DNA of 63,998 nucleotides, filler included, from Octopus bimaculoides (lineage: Eukaryota), in NCBI RefSeq assembly GCF_001194135.2. It is 5 parts of 5 records of this genome, joined end to end, with 100 filler letters (N's around TTAATTAATTAA, not from the genome) between each part and the next. Parts side by side here need not be neighbours in the genome. Positions count along the whole stretch, not along the records: positions 1 to 26,530 come from NC_068982.1; positions 26,631 to 30,517 come from NC_069005.1; positions 30,618 to 39,879 come from NC_068983.1; 2 more parts are not named here. One strand, 5' to 3'. How positions within the stretch are numbered: position 1 is the first letter of the stretch; every line of letters starts with the position of its first letter. The translations under genes were made by a program, and so were the position numbers. This document shows, piece by piece, positions 24,824-39,000 of this stretch. The notes beneath the pieces are model-generated. The model searched no databases and was not told where the DNA came from. It was given only the letters and a program-made list of their open reading frames with translations.

Positions 24824-25228
24824 GCTGTAAAATTATCTCCTATTGCCCAGTTGCATATAACTCAATCGACTTAAAGCTCTTAGTGTAAACATGTGCAATG
24901 CGCTTATTAACATTTATACCCACATATACATCTACAAATGTACTCGTAGAAATTTATACGCATGTATGTATATACATATATACGTGCATGTATATATATA
25001 TAAGCACACAAATATATATATATATATATATGGGTATATGTATGCATGTGTTTGTATTACACACTTACACACACATATACGTATACATAAATACCCATAC
25101 TCATATATATACATACAAACATATTTGCGTGTGTGTATATGTGTGACTGTGTGTGATAAATGCAATGCACGTGACTCTCGGCCAATGAGTCACACATGTA
25201 ACATTACATCGTCTTCATACATACACGC

Positions 25229-25261
<33 letters not shown>

Positions 25262-25850
25262 CATACATACATTTCTGATTATATATATATATGTAAATAC
25301 GTATATATATAAATACACATGCACGCACACACACATACACACACACATAAAATTGCGACTACATGGAAGACAGACAGGCAGGCAGACAGACGTCTTCCGC
25401 TAATACTTCCATTTTTAAACATGAGACATGTTAGAGTTAATGTTCCTTTGAGGAGACATAGTGCGAACGGATGGGTTTCAGACACGTTTTATGTATGTGC
25501 ATACGTATGTGAATGTGTGTGTCTATGTGTGTATCTGTGTGTGTGTGTGTGTGTTTCTCTGTGTGTCTATGTGTGTGTGTGTGCGGCGACATTTGCATGC
25601 ACTCATTGCGTGTGTTTCTGATTAAAGACGTTTTTATGTAAATGCATGTGTATATATAAGTACAGTATGTATGCATGTATGTGTGCATGTCTATATGTCA
25701 CAGTTTGTTGGGTCAGTGTGCTTGAGTGAGTTTCTGTATATGTGTATTAAAGTGTGATTCTAAATATATGTCAATGAGTAATAATATGTTTATACGTACG
25801 CGTTTGTGTGTTTGTGTGCTTGTGTGTCTGTGTATGTGTGCGTGTGTCTG

Positions 25851-25907
<57 letters not shown>

Positions 25908-26031
25908 TTATCTATCAATATATATATATATAGAGAGAGAGAGAGACATACATAGTCATACATACATACATATATACACATACATACGTACATACGTACA
26001 TACATACATTTTCGTATATATATACCTAAAT

Positions 26032-26117
<86 letters not shown>

Positions 26118-26473
26118 ACATATACATACACTTGTACATATGTGTGTGTGTGTGTCTATGCACTTGAGCAAGTGTAACTGTTGCTATGTGTTTTTGTGTG
26201 CATGAGTAGCAGTGTGGGTGTAGGCGTGTTCGTGGCGTGTGTGTGTATGTATGTGCTTATTACTATATGTCTGGTGCAACATAATGTGAATATGTCACAT
26301 TGTTGCTATATGTGTTTAACTGTCACGCACACATGCATGCACACACATACATACACACACACGCACACTTACCTGTGTGTATTATTGGAAACCAGCACAC
26401 TTAGACGTATAAAAATCATTGAAGGACACGTGTATACACACACAAACACACACACACACAAACACACACACAT

Positions 26474-26530
<57 letters not shown>

Positions 26531-26574
26531 NNNNNNNNNNNNNNNNNNNNNNNNNNNNNNNNNNNNNNNNNNNN

Positions 26575-26586
26575 TTAATTAATTAA
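26575..26586. other. Assembly linker TTAATTAATTAA inside 44N+12+44N
   Basis: An identical 100-bp construct occurs four times. The 12-mer places stops in all six frames. Confidence 0.95.
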
Positions 26587-26630
26587 NNNNNNNNNNNNNN
26601 NNNNNNNNNNNNNNNNNNNNNNNNNNNNNN

Positions 26631-26670
<40 letters not shown>

Positions 26671-27905
26671 AGGAATAGACAGAAAGATAGATAGATGTTA
26701 TACACATCTATTTATACATTATCCACTTGATATACTCAGGTAGTTTCTTCTGACAGAGTTTGAGTAAAGAAATTGCATTCTTGTTTAAGTATTTTTGCGT
26801 TCTGTAATTATCAAAGGTAGTTACATTATTATTTACTAATTTGTTTAACGTGAAATTGTATTTATTAAGCATTTGTCTACGTTATATATTTTAGAGGGTG
26901 AAAATTGTTTTATGTCACGTGTGGAAAAATAACTTTTGCTGTCTAATTATATTCATCGATAAAGTTTTCTTTCTATGGCTCCCAGTACTAACGTTGATGT
27001 GAACATTATAGTAGAAACCGTAAATTTTAGTGCTTTATTTTAATATATTCGATAGTCTATTAAAATTTTATCGTCATACAAAATTCTTAACAATCGTTTC
27101 CACCTTTGTCAGGGAGATTTATGTGAATACTCATTGGTTGGTTTGAATTCTTGTTTATATATACATATCATTGAATCGTTATATTTAGTGTAAGATTGGG
27201 AGTTTGTGTTTGTAATACTGAATGTTGTAACCTACGAAACTGACTTTTGATTATTGTAACATTTACGTCTGAAATAGGTTGATTAGAGCAATCGTGAATT
27301 TATCGATCCACTGCTCATTTTGATTTCTGTGACTGAATAGACCGTCATCTCAATAAACCCGTCAGTTAATGGCGTTCTACATATTGTAGTATAATGCTAA
27401 AATATATATTCCAATAAGGTTTAAAATTTCTACATAATCTTTGGCTCTTATCCTTACATCAAAGAGATCTGCATTTTGCTGTTTCATTGGTATGCTTTCG
27501 TAATAGCATGGAATCGATTTTCTGGTCTTTATTATTATTCTTATGTCATTAATCAGGAATGGTCGTATGAAGTCTCAAAATCTAGGTTGCTCGTAACATA
27601 ATGTTTAAAGGTAGCTTCATCGTTGCGAGCTATACGAAACTGAGTAAATGTGTAATTTTGATTTTTGGCTTTTCATTGTCTGGATGTATGTAAACCAAAT
27701 TATAACAAATGCGTGGTCGTTTCAAAATGTTGATGCGTTTATACACAGCCTTTCCGTTTCAATTTCGTAGGATCCATAACTAGTTGTAGGATTGTTCAGA
27801 AACATTGCTATGTGATTCTTGGTGATTATATATGATTCTTTTAGGGGAGCAAAAATCTGTACTCTATTACCAAGTCTGATTTCAAAATTTGTTACAAGCC
27901 CAGAT

Positions 27906-28067
27906 AGAGGGTAAGCCGATTACATCGACTGGTACTTATTTTATTGACCCAGAAATTATCAAATGCAAAGTTGACCTCGTCGGAATTTGAACCTAGAAAG
28001 TGATGACGGGCGAAATGCTGCTAATCATTTTGACGGCGTGATAAAGATTCTACCAGCTGGCCTCCTT
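27906..28067 (-). mobile_element. SINE family A, degenerate
   Basis: gattacatcgactggtactt...gttgacctcgtcggaatttgaac...gattctaccagctggcctcctt is collinear with 58473-58620. Confidence 0.8.
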
Positions 28068-29112
28068 ACTCTATTATCTATATTAAAATCTGAGGCAAAC
28101 TTTTTGTTCTCTGAGCGAACAGCTTTTAAAGTACCTTTAAACATTTGCATGTGTGTTGGAGGTATCATTTGCCACAACGTTATGTAAGTAAGGCAGTCTA
28201 CCTCATCAGAATTTCTTAATATGTTTCACAAACATCAGGTTTGATTTTTGAATGTTCTCTATACCATCAACAATATATGCTGAAATGTATATATACACAT
28301 ATATTCCAGAACTTTATATTTCTAACCACTTAGAAAATATCTTCAAAGCATCGACTAAATTATTCCTAGTTAGGTATCAAACGGACCAGACGCCGAATTT
28401 AGATTTATTTATTTCAATGCTTTCTTTGTAAAAAAAGAAAAACTTCCGACGCATTCTTTTGGCTAGATCTTGTGTGCGATATGCAAGAAATTTGTCAAAA
28501 TATTTCTATGTAGGTGTGCTTATATTTTTGGTGACGGAAGCCTAACAGATAAACATCCATATTCAGTAATAATGCTTATGTTGCGGAGAGGGTTCTCCTC
28601 TATGAAATACATTCTTATGGTTATCTACATAAAAACCTTACAATAGGAGTAATGTAAAATATTAAATACATTACACTAAGAGTAATATAAAATAACAGTA
28701 GCGTTAATGCTTCTTAGCGTTTATTATTTCAGTTCTTTAAACTCTCTTAGCGTTGTATTTTGCGCGTAATTATCGCGAGATTTAGCGTGATTTCAGTACT
28801 GAAGGAGTATATCAAGTATTTACATACCAGCCTCAAGGGTATCTTAATAAAAGAGAAATGATCTATGTATATTAATTTAAGCAGTTTTTTTTNNNNNNNN
28901 NNNNNNNNNNNNNNNNNNNNNNNNNNNNNNNNNNNNNNNNNNNNNNNNNNNNNNNNNNNNNNNNNNNNNNNNNNNNNNNNNNNNNNNNNNNNNNNNNNNN
29001 NNNNNNNNNNNNNNNNNNNNNNNNNNNNNNNNNNNNNNNNNNNNNNNNNNNNNNNNNNNNNNNNNNNNNNNNNNNNNNNNNNNNNNNNNNNNNNNNNNNN
29101 NNNNNNNNNNNN

Positions 29113-29148
<36 letters not shown>

Positions 29149-29456
29149 CGCACAGAGATGCACAAGCAGGGGCACACACAGCCACGCTTTCATATATTAT
29201 TCATTCAAACACACTGCCATACTGATGATTACGCACTTGTAATTTAAGAGAATGCAGTGACACACAAACATAAACAACTACACAGAATGAATGTACGAGC
29301 GTGCGCAGGGAAACACAGAACAGAAACGTCACAGCCAATGGGAATGCACTAAAGGAAAAAGAAACATGATTTCTATTCTAAACATGCAAATGATATAGGT
29401 AGATCATGAAAGATTACCAGCAGTAACCAAACAGAAGCAGCAACAGCAGCAGCAGC

Positions 29457-29525
<69 letters not shown>

Positions 29526-30031
29526 GGTGGTGGTTGTTAAGCGGCATAATTTTATCACTAATATCGGCAGTCGCCTTTCACTAGTGAGTATGACTTGTTG
29601 GCGAGTATTATCATTTCACTAATTGTTTTGCATCTATATAGATACGAGCGAATATTCGTCGACACACACACACACACATACATACATGCACATACACAAG
29701 CGCACACACACAAAAACACGCATATAGGACTGTCTTCTTTCAGTTTCCATCTCCCAATTGCACTCGGAAGGCTTTGGTCGGCCAGACGCTATAATAGAAG
29801 ACTGAACCCGAAGCAATGTGGTTATAAAGCAAACTTCTTAACACACAGTCACACCTGAACACGCGTGTGTGTGTTTATATGTATGTATATAAATATATAT
29901 GTAAAAATATCTCTAATATAAATATATATGTATGTATGCACACACACACATATATACATACGCACATATGTATGTATACACAGACACACATATATACATA
30001 CACGCTTATATTTATGTATATATTTATCTCT

Positions 30032-30123
30032 AAAGAGATGCCGGTGCAGGTTTCCGCCCCGACATACGAAACTCGGAGTTTTATTATGGCAACCGAATAA
30101 TTGTCACTTTTTATATTACAGAT
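30032..30123 (-). repeat. Fragment of the hammerhead-associated repeat family (see 6060-6447)
   Basis: Shared ~50-bp block with 6134-6186, same orientation. Confidence 0.65.
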
Positions 30124-30127
30124 GTAT

Positions 30128-30176
<49 letters not shown>

Positions 30177-30201
30177 NNNNNNNNNNNNNNNNNNNNNNNN
30201 N

Positions 30202-30264
<63 letters not shown>

Positions 30265-30294
30265 ATGTATGTATGTATGTATGTGTATATATTT

Positions 30295-30502
30295 GTGTGT
30301 TTGTGTTTGTCCCCCAAACATCCCTTCACAACAGATGGTGGTGTGTTCACGTTCCCGTAACTTAGCGTTTCGGCAAAAGAGACCGATAGAATAAGTACTA
30401 AGCTTACAAAACATAAGTCCTGGGATGGATTTGCTCGACTAAAGGCGGTGCTCCAGAATGGCCGCAGTCAAATGACTGAAACAAGTAAAAGAGTAAAAGA
30501 GT
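30295..30502 (+). mobile_element. SINE family B, 3' half
   Basis: gtaacttagcg..cggcaaaagagaccgatagaataagtact...gactgaaacaagtaaaagagtaaaagag. Confidence 0.9.
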
Positions 30503-30561
30503 ACATATTTATATATANNNNNNNNNNNNNNNNNNNNNNNNNNNNNNNNNNNNNNNNNNNN

Positions 30562-30573
30562 TTAATTAATTAA
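30562..30573. other. Assembly linker TTAATTAATTAA
   Basis: 44 N on each side. Confidence 0.95.
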
Positions 30574-30647
30574 NNNNNNNNNNNNNNNNNNNNNNNNNNN
30601 NNNNNNNNNNNNNNNNNATATATATATATATATATATACATATTAAA

Positions 30648-30770
30648 ATTGCTTTGCGGTATTTTTCCAGTTTCTTGTGATCTGAGTTCAAATTTCGCCG
30701 AGGGCAACTTTGTCAACCATCCGCAGTCGTTAAAATGATTTAAGTACTGGGGTCAACTTCATTGATCCTG
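30648..30770 (+). mobile_element. SINE family A, degenerate
   Basis: B-box ctgagttcaaatttcgccgaggg and gtactggggtcaac. Confidence 0.7.
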
Positions 30771-32489
30771 TACACACACTCACACATATGCACGCACGCG
30801 TGTGTGTGTGTGCTTGCGTACGTGTGTGCGTGCATATCAATTGCCGTAATTTTCGTAGTGTCTTATCACCTACAATTTATCATGATATTATCCTACTGAA
30901 TATGAAATTATTCATCTATAGTGAATTCTCTGCTAAAGCTTTATACACAGATACTTGTGTGATATATCTCTAATCAATGCGAGAATGTAAGGAATGGAAA
31001 AGGTAAATAAAGACTACAAATGTTTCATTGTTAAAACTAAAACACATAAAACCTGCTTGCTAATCTTCAGGTTCTGATTCATTCATGTTGTTAACATTGT
31101 CACGTAGAGATGAGTAAATGATTCAGTTTAACCACAGCGGAAATGACAAATTGAAAACAAATCAGATGACCTATGAAATTAATTGTCGATAAATAAATCA
31201 CCCTAAAAGGAAACAAAGTGATTTGTGTACAAATGTCATTTAATCGCAGGAGAAAGATGCTAGGTAGATGGGTAGAGGAGGTGGGTAAACTAAAGATAAT
31301 GAGAGATAAGAGAGTCTCAGTCGTGGTAGTAAAATTCCTTTACACGTTGGCGTCGGGGAGATAATAGGAGGTAGAAAAAAACTGGTAGATTACAAAGTTG
31401 AGCGATAATTCTTGACAGTCGTAATTTTATTATATCCGAAAGTGAAACACTATATTGAGCATGCACAGAGAACACATTCGAATCAGATGATTAAACTTTT
31501 TTTTTTCCGACAGTTTACGTTACTTTATGCATTTGTTTGCTATATTTATATTTCTGCAATCGCAATGTTTCTGCAGCGCATGGATATTTTATACATTTTT
31601 AATCACTAAGCTTTCAGCACGCTAAAGTAAAATTTTTAGATGTAGAAAGGACGTATTTGAGTGGTAAATAAATCGACTATTTCTAACATTTTCAAGTGCT
31701 TAAAGTTTAGCGTCATTTTGATGCGAGTCTTCTGCTCCTGCAGATGATGGAAGCACATGAGCACATATTCCTAACTGTTATGCACGTGGGTTCTCCTGTC
31801 TGAAGAATATAACTTTATTTTTTAGCTCTTACTGATTAGGCCAGTTTTGTATGTTATATTATTGCTCTAATTGTTCTCAACTTAAATTTTATTTATCTTC
31901 ATACAACACACTTCTAAAGATTTAATCAAAAGAAAATCTTTGTTATACTTATAGGATATATCAATAACCAATATATGGAAGTGTCTGTGTGCATCAGCGT
32001 GTATGTATTTACATGCTCGTATGTATGTGTGTTTCTGGGTATGTAAGCATTTGTATATATTTATGTATTATTCATATGCTTGCATCAATTATATCTCAAA
32101 ACAGAAAATATTTCTTTTATTTCTTTTAAATTTGCCAATTTTGTAAGTTTTGAATCATATACAAAGACATTGAGAATGTCAAAATGTATTTATATCATTG
32201 TCTTATGAAAGAGAATACGTCACTACAGATGAACGCAATCATAAATAAATAAAAAAAGAACAAATATATATATATATATATATAAATCAGGTACATTCAT
32301 AACAACAATCCGAGCAGAAGGACAGCAACAACAATCACAGTATCATTAGTAATTGTGAATTTTCCGTTTCAGCTGCTTCATTATTATCATTAAAACTGTA
32401 AAAACTTTTTGAAGTCTTATTTTATTTATCGCCTACTTCTTAACATTACAGGCCATTGCTAATTGATATGTTGCGATGAAATAGTTGCT

Positions 32490-32572
32490 TTTCTTCAGTC
32501 TCTTTACGTTCTGAGTTCAATTTCCGCCGTAGTCGACTTTCCTTTTCATCCTTTCAGGGATCGATAAAAGTA
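32490..32572 (+). mobile_element. SINE family A, internal fragment
   Basis: tacgttctgagttcaatttccgccgtagtcgactttccttttcatcctttcagggatcgataaa. Confidence 0.8.
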
Positions 32573-32619
32573 AAATATTTCGAACACAAATGGGAGGTAT
32601 AGGTAATGTGACCAATGCA

Positions 32620-33050
32620 GGCAGTTGGGAACGTGGGGATCCACTTCAAAAGCAAAACCCTCGTGCAGAAGTACTCCATAGTTCCCATATGCAACAAGGA
32701 GCTCACCTTTTCCCCAAATATTTAGGGAGAAGGATCTGTTACATTAAGATAAGAGATTTCAACCTGCGCTTGACATAGCTGGATATGATCTGTGTTTCTT
32801 TGAGGAACAGGGACTCCCTTCGCCCTTCTCGACATATATCAAAAAGAGGGGAGTTGGTTTTGGACTACAATGGAGCTCCTCCTTCAGATAAAACCAGAGG
32901 GTGCTGAAAAGATCTCAGATCTTATCCACATGCACAATGCAGTAGCGATGCATGTTGCGTTTCAGCGCAGAAGGCCAAGAAACCACTTGTGTGATGTGAA
33001 AGGAAAGACAAAAGGAGATTCCTACTAATGTCATACAACAACAGCCTGTA
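32620..33050 (+). pseudogene. Degenerate gag/ORF1-like remnant with decayed CCHC knuckle
   Basis: Fragments VGNVGIHFKSKTLVQKYSIVP, FPKYLGRRICYIKIRDF and EKISDLIHMHNAVAMHVAFQRRRPRNHLCDVKGKTKGDS. The last has knuckle spacing x-x2-C-x4-x-x4-x with only one Cys retained. Confidence 0.4.
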
Positions 33051-35554
33051 GAAGTAGCAACGAATGGAGAAAGAACGCCACCACCTACACCAACCCTCAA
33101 CAACAATAGCAATAGCAGTAGCAGTTAACTAAACAACTGCAGCTACGGCTGTGACAACAGCGGCAGAATTATCAATAGAAGTTACGCGGCAAGACCGGCA
33201 AGACCAGCAAGCCTGGCAACAACGGCTCGACAAAGACAGAACCAAAATCCACGAGTCAGGAAAATCTCCGCCTTAACTTCCTCTCTTTCAAACACAAACA
33301 CGTTTATGGACACACTGGAAAACATAACTCCGCATTACGTGCATCAGAAACTTCTGATGTGGCAATATCAACGCGCAAGGAAGAGAGGCAACCAAGAATA
33401 AAAAATAAAAATCCGATAATTTTTTTCAAAGCGACACCCGTTCTAAACCAAACACATACAAATCCACAACGAGAATTCTACCACCGCCATCATCAACACC
33501 CCTGTCAACAAAAAGAAAACATAAAGGAACAGCACGAGCAGACAAAAACACAAACACAAACACATCAACACCACCCTCACCAACTTTGCGCTGACAAGAA
33601 GCATGTATCAATAAATTAAGTCCTGTCGGTTGCAAATGGAAAACATCGAAACACGTTAAGAGGACTTCAAGTTCAGCACTTACAAAAAAGGCACAGAAAT
33701 TGAAAATAAAAAGGCTAGACTTAGAGACTAAAATTATTGAGGGATAGTTTCCTCAATGATGTGAGAAGTTCGAACATAAAGACCAGCAGCTGGATCTGAA
33801 AGGACTTCCCAAAGTCAAATGAAAACTTCATAGAGACAGTCATCCCGTCTCCGGGATCACTTATTTCTATTTTAAGTATTAAATCAATGCTTCTATAATA
33901 TCATAATTATTCTTACTTCTTTCATTTTTGTGTTGTACTCTATTTCATTTATTCTTAATCATTTTAAAGATTACGTTTAATGTAATTCTCTTCTCCTTGT
34001 TTCTTCATCTGGAATAATAAAAAAACAAATTCTTAAATAATTTTCTTCTCTTCTAAGTTGCATTCACGCAGTTTTCGAATCCGATTCATGTAATACATAC
34101 ACCCAGCGTTTATTTTTCTTTCGTTTATCAGCAGCAGCATAAAAACCTAGGGTCAATCATTCTTACAGCGTTTGTATTGATTCCAACCTTGTTTAACATG
34201 TTAATTAAAGATTGGAGGAAAAGAGAAACAAGAGAAGAATCTCACATGGTACTCAGATTAGGTTTGATAATTCTCTTTTGTATTTTTGCTTTTAACTCAA
34301 GACGTGTTTAATGTATTTATTTATTATTAGAATTTCGTTATTTTTAGCTATAGTTTTCAAGATAGAGATGCGAGGAAAATGTCAAATCCTGCCTGGTGGT
34401 GAATGTATTTCAAACGCACTTACAGCTTTCTCTTTTTATCACTAAATACTTTATATAAATGTATGAGCTTTATATAAATGTATGACCTGTTTATCACTAT
34501 ATACCTTATACAAATGTATGAGCTACTGCAACAACCCTTCTGTTCTTCTAGAAACAGGGTTGTTTGTATCGCATGTTTATTCTTTGCAATATTGCTGTAC
34601 TAAATTTGTTGTAGAACGTAAGCTGGTGGGTTATAGGACTCTAAGTTTGTGATCCTTGTTGGTTTTATAACATAGGTATTGCATAATTCTGTCACTCGTA
34701 GATATTTGACGCCGACGGAGTTCAATACTGTTAGACATTTTGGTTGATGCTCTAGCGATACCGCCTATCAATAACAGTGTTTCTAAAAACGTATATTCTT
34801 TGTAACTGATTTAGAGTAAATATGTTTTACAAATATATTTATGTAAAGTGAATTATATATATAATATCAACAATAATAATAATAATAAGGATTATTACGA
34901 TGTTGCATAGCATTTACCTTTAATGCTTTAAATATATTTACAGCTCTTCATAAACTTACACATGTTTCAACTGCACCGATTAGTAACCGTTGCAATTGCA
35001 ACCCTACTATAATACCGGTGCAGTTTCTTCGGGGCCTTTACTAAATATTCTTTGATTTAACTGTTATATATATATATATATGCAACCGAAACACTGCTAG
35101 CCCTTCCTACTACCTGCCACACCATCTCCACATAACACATATCTCACTCTACCTTGTACGCCTTCTACCTCTCTGAAGAGAAAATGGAATATGTACGAGA
35201 GAGAGGGAGGGAGCGATAGAGAGAGAGAGAGAGAAAGGGAAAAACTGACAGACAGAGACAGACAGAGAAAGATTCTAGCAGAGGATGGTATCGTTTTTAT
35301 CTCTATATTGAATCATTACATTACAATAATTTTCTTCTCAAAAGGATGTAAAGTAAGATTGATATCACTGGAAAAGTAAAATTGATATCGTTGACCTTAA
35401 ATGGTAATTAGAATAATTAGAATAATTATAATAATTATGATAATCAAACTTGAATATCTTTCATTACAAATGCCATTTACGCTATATTTCTCATAGATAC
35501 AGACAGAGTCGAGTAGTGGGAAATTTGTTTTCGCAATCATGTGATAACATGTAC

Positions 35555-35660
35555 TTTTCTTTTCTAGGCACAAGACCCGCAACTGGTACTTAATTTATCG
35601 ACCCCGAAAGGATGAAAAGTCGACCTCGGCAGAGTTTGAACTCAGAACGTAAAGACAGAG
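35555..35660 (-). mobile_element. SINE family A with internal deletion
   Basis: ctaggcacaag..caactggtacttaatttatcgaccccgaaaggatgaaaagtcgacctcggc..gaactcagaacg. Confidence 0.85.
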
Positions 35661-35907
35661 CAATGCGTGGTATCTTGAGTGGATATATTTTTACCATAGT
35701 CTCCGATGAACCTCAGCCTTATGGAAAGCCGGATAATATCTGGAAGTTAGTTAGATAGATTTCTCCGGTAAATCAAAGTCTCAGCCTTGTCACGTATTGT
35801 GTCATGCTGATTCGGCCCCCAAAATTATATTAATAGTACTCATGTATAAGATACTCAGTGAGAAATTTTTCTTTATTTATTACTACAAGTTTTAAAAACA
35901 GATTTAT

Positions 35908-36120
35908 ATAATGATTTCAAATTTTGGCACAAGGCCAGCAATTTCCGGGCAAGGATTAACACGATTATATCGACCCCAGAGTTCAACTGGCACTTATTTT
36001 ATTGACCACGAAAGGATGAAAGGCAAAGTCGACCCCGACGGAATTTTATCGCAGAACCTAAAGTCGGAAGAAATCCCGCTATATATTCAATTCGGTGCAG
36101 TCACGATTCTACCATCTTAC
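35908..36120 (-). mobile_element. SINE family A, near full length, degenerate (A1 tail)
   Basis: Tail tttcaaattttggcacaaggccagc through to head gattctaccatc. Confidence 0.8.
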
Positions 36121-36595
36121 AGTCTTTATATATAAAATGAACGTTTATGCCACAGTAATTTTATGTGTAGACTTACAGCTGGAAACTTCACAGAGACGAC
36201 ACAGATATGCGTACTTGTTAAGGAAACCTTTAGAGAGACAATCGAACTTCCCAATGTAGTCCCCAAACACCCTTCAGGCTACGACCCTTTTTTACCAAAC
36301 CAGTAAATACGGTCTAGTCAGGGCTAGATTCCTTATAGATTATTTAAAGTGAACCCAAAATGTTATGCAGGAAAATTTATAGTTGTACAAACACGGTTCT
36401 GAGCTCTAGGCAGCTCCGAATCTTATGATTAGCTACCTATGTTCTTCCTGTTGAAGACAGAACATTAACCAAGGTTTGATCAACTATATAACAAAATTTC
36501 AATATGTTTAAAAGAATGAAATAAAAAAACAAATAACTGGGCCTAATTTTTGAACAGAAAACATATCAACCAAAATAAACTTCAAAAAGAAACAA

Positions 36596-36675
<80 letters not shown>

Positions 36676-38874
36676 CATATCGGAAACTTGTTCTTTTACG
36701 TAAGCGGGGAAGGCAGAAACGAAATTTATAAAAGCAAAAAGTAAAATACGGGTAAAAGAAAAAAGATTATATATGAAAGGAATTAATAAGCAGAGAAACA
36801 CGCAAGCTAAAAGCCGGTAAAGATATTTCCTTACTCTAATCTGTGACTTTTGAAGAAGAAGGCTACGGAAAGAAAAGAAATTATTGTCATTAAAGTCAGT
36901 AATGTGTATTGAATTGAAGAGAGAAATTCCATTATGTTATCTTAGCAGAGATTAGAAAGTTAATTATATGCTTATTGTTATATGCAAAAGATAATGAATT
37001 TGCTTTGTGATCTTGTTTCTTAGCCTGTCTACATAATTATATACGTTTTGTATAGACATTGATAGAGTAGAATCTCGTTTCGTAACGCTCGACAACCAAC
37101 TGAACGATGATGACAATAGCAGCCTAAGTAAGAAGTGGTCAAGACGTAGGATGAGAATACAGAAAATGAAACACACTCGTGTATAGACAACCTATACACG
37201 TGTATGTTTCTATATGTGTGCGTGTGAAGTGTGTATGTATATATATGTATATATGTATATATATATATATACACACACGTATACACACACATGTATAAAT
37301 ATGGGAACAGTAGGATATCAAAATATTAGACAAAAACAACGATTTCTTTTGCATCTGTTATAAACTTATATTGATAACAATTTTGTATACAACGGTGGAA
37401 ACAATCAATCAACGAACTTAAACATTGTCCGGCTGGGATGCTAACTAAAAAATCATTATTTCTTAGAAGACATAATGTTATAAGTTCTTTGTTGTATGAA
37501 CACGTTAAAGTACTCTTGGTATTATCTGCCTATTGCTTTTCAGCACACAATATGAAGCGTTCGTGATACAAAAATTGAATGCGACTTGAAAGTGACATGA
37601 CTGCGAAACAAACTTTATTTGTGGAGGATTTTATCAAGACGAAACTAGTGTTTGTTATGAGTTATGTCTAAATGGAAACGAAAAGAGACCTCCTACACGA
37701 TTAACATCGTCTGTAATAATAGAAAATGCAAGATAGGATTATGTCCTTTCAACTACTATTTTTGTTTGTCGTCGTGGAATACAAAACTATATGTTGTATT
37801 ATTTCAATTTCTTTCTCGCATCTTCGCTACTTTGATAAGACACATATATTTCTCACCTAGATGACAAGTACATTTGCTACCTACTGCTAAAGGTTATAAA
37901 TTCGATTTAAATACTTGCTTTTACTTATTTGTAATTGTGGTAGGAAATAATACTGGCGATATTAAACGTTTTTCATAGCTCTACTTGTCCTGCTATTGTG
38001 GCAATCTCTTAAGATTAGCACGCAAAAAAACATTTTTCATAAACTATTCTCGCAATGCATACGTATACATATAAATATGTGTGTGTCTACATATATGTAT
38101 ACATACATCATACATATGTATATATATATAGGCACATATATGTATACATACNNNNNNNNNNNNNNNNNNNNNNNNNNNNNNNNNNNNNNNNNNNNNNNNN
38201 NNNNNNNNNNNNNNNNNNNNNNNNNNNNNNNNNNNNNNNNNNNNNNNNNNNTATATATATATATATACATATATATATATGTATGTATGTATTATGTATA
38301 TGTATCTTATTCTGCTGTTATTACAAAAATGGAAAGAAGAGATGCGTAATTTGTTTTTCTTTCTTCTGTGATTCAATTATGAAAATGGAAGCGTGGCTTC
38401 ATATTAAAATGACAATAACAGAATGTCAATAATAGTGCACGTAGATGCTTGGGCACAACGAGAGTAGTGTTGTATCTTGTATAATATTTCCATACGACAC
38501 ATTTTCAGTTGATACAGCGAACTGCGACAGGTTGATACAATAATCACGATGACCTAGCTAAGACTTGCTAATTCATTATTTGAAGTTCCGATATTGTTCT
38601 GTTAATGCTTCAGAGTTGCAATATCAGTTGTCTAAATCACGGTATCTTTGTTATAAATGGAATTGCTTAAGACGGTTATAACCAATTTGACGTTATTAAA
38701 ATTTCATGCCTTAGTCAGACGAAGAAATGCAGCACCCATTACGCTTTCTTCAGAGCCTCTGCGAGTGGTAGGCTGTAAGGAGACCTGGCCTCTATGTTTG
38801 CTCAAGAATAGTTTCCACTAAAGCTAGCCACTGACCAGGTAATGAGAACAACGATCTCTATGATGATCTTCCAA

Positions 38875-39000
38875 AGAGTTTCCATCTATTTCATACAAGA
38901 CTTGATCTAGCAAAGGCTTTGGTAGAAACGTGACTAAGATCTTGCACAATGGAATCGAGCCCTAAACTACGTAGTTCTGCATTTTTAACCACGTAACCAT
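38875..39000 (-). mobile_element. SINE family B head, very degenerate
   Basis: Weak collinearity with 61085-61225 (gtttccatct..tagaaacgtgactaagat..ttttaaccacgtaaccat). Confidence 0.45.

Noticed and set aside
37857-37886. 27/30-nt minus-strand microexon candidate with GTGAGA donor
   Set aside because: Short pyrimidine tract; such patterns are expected by chance in AT-rich DNA.
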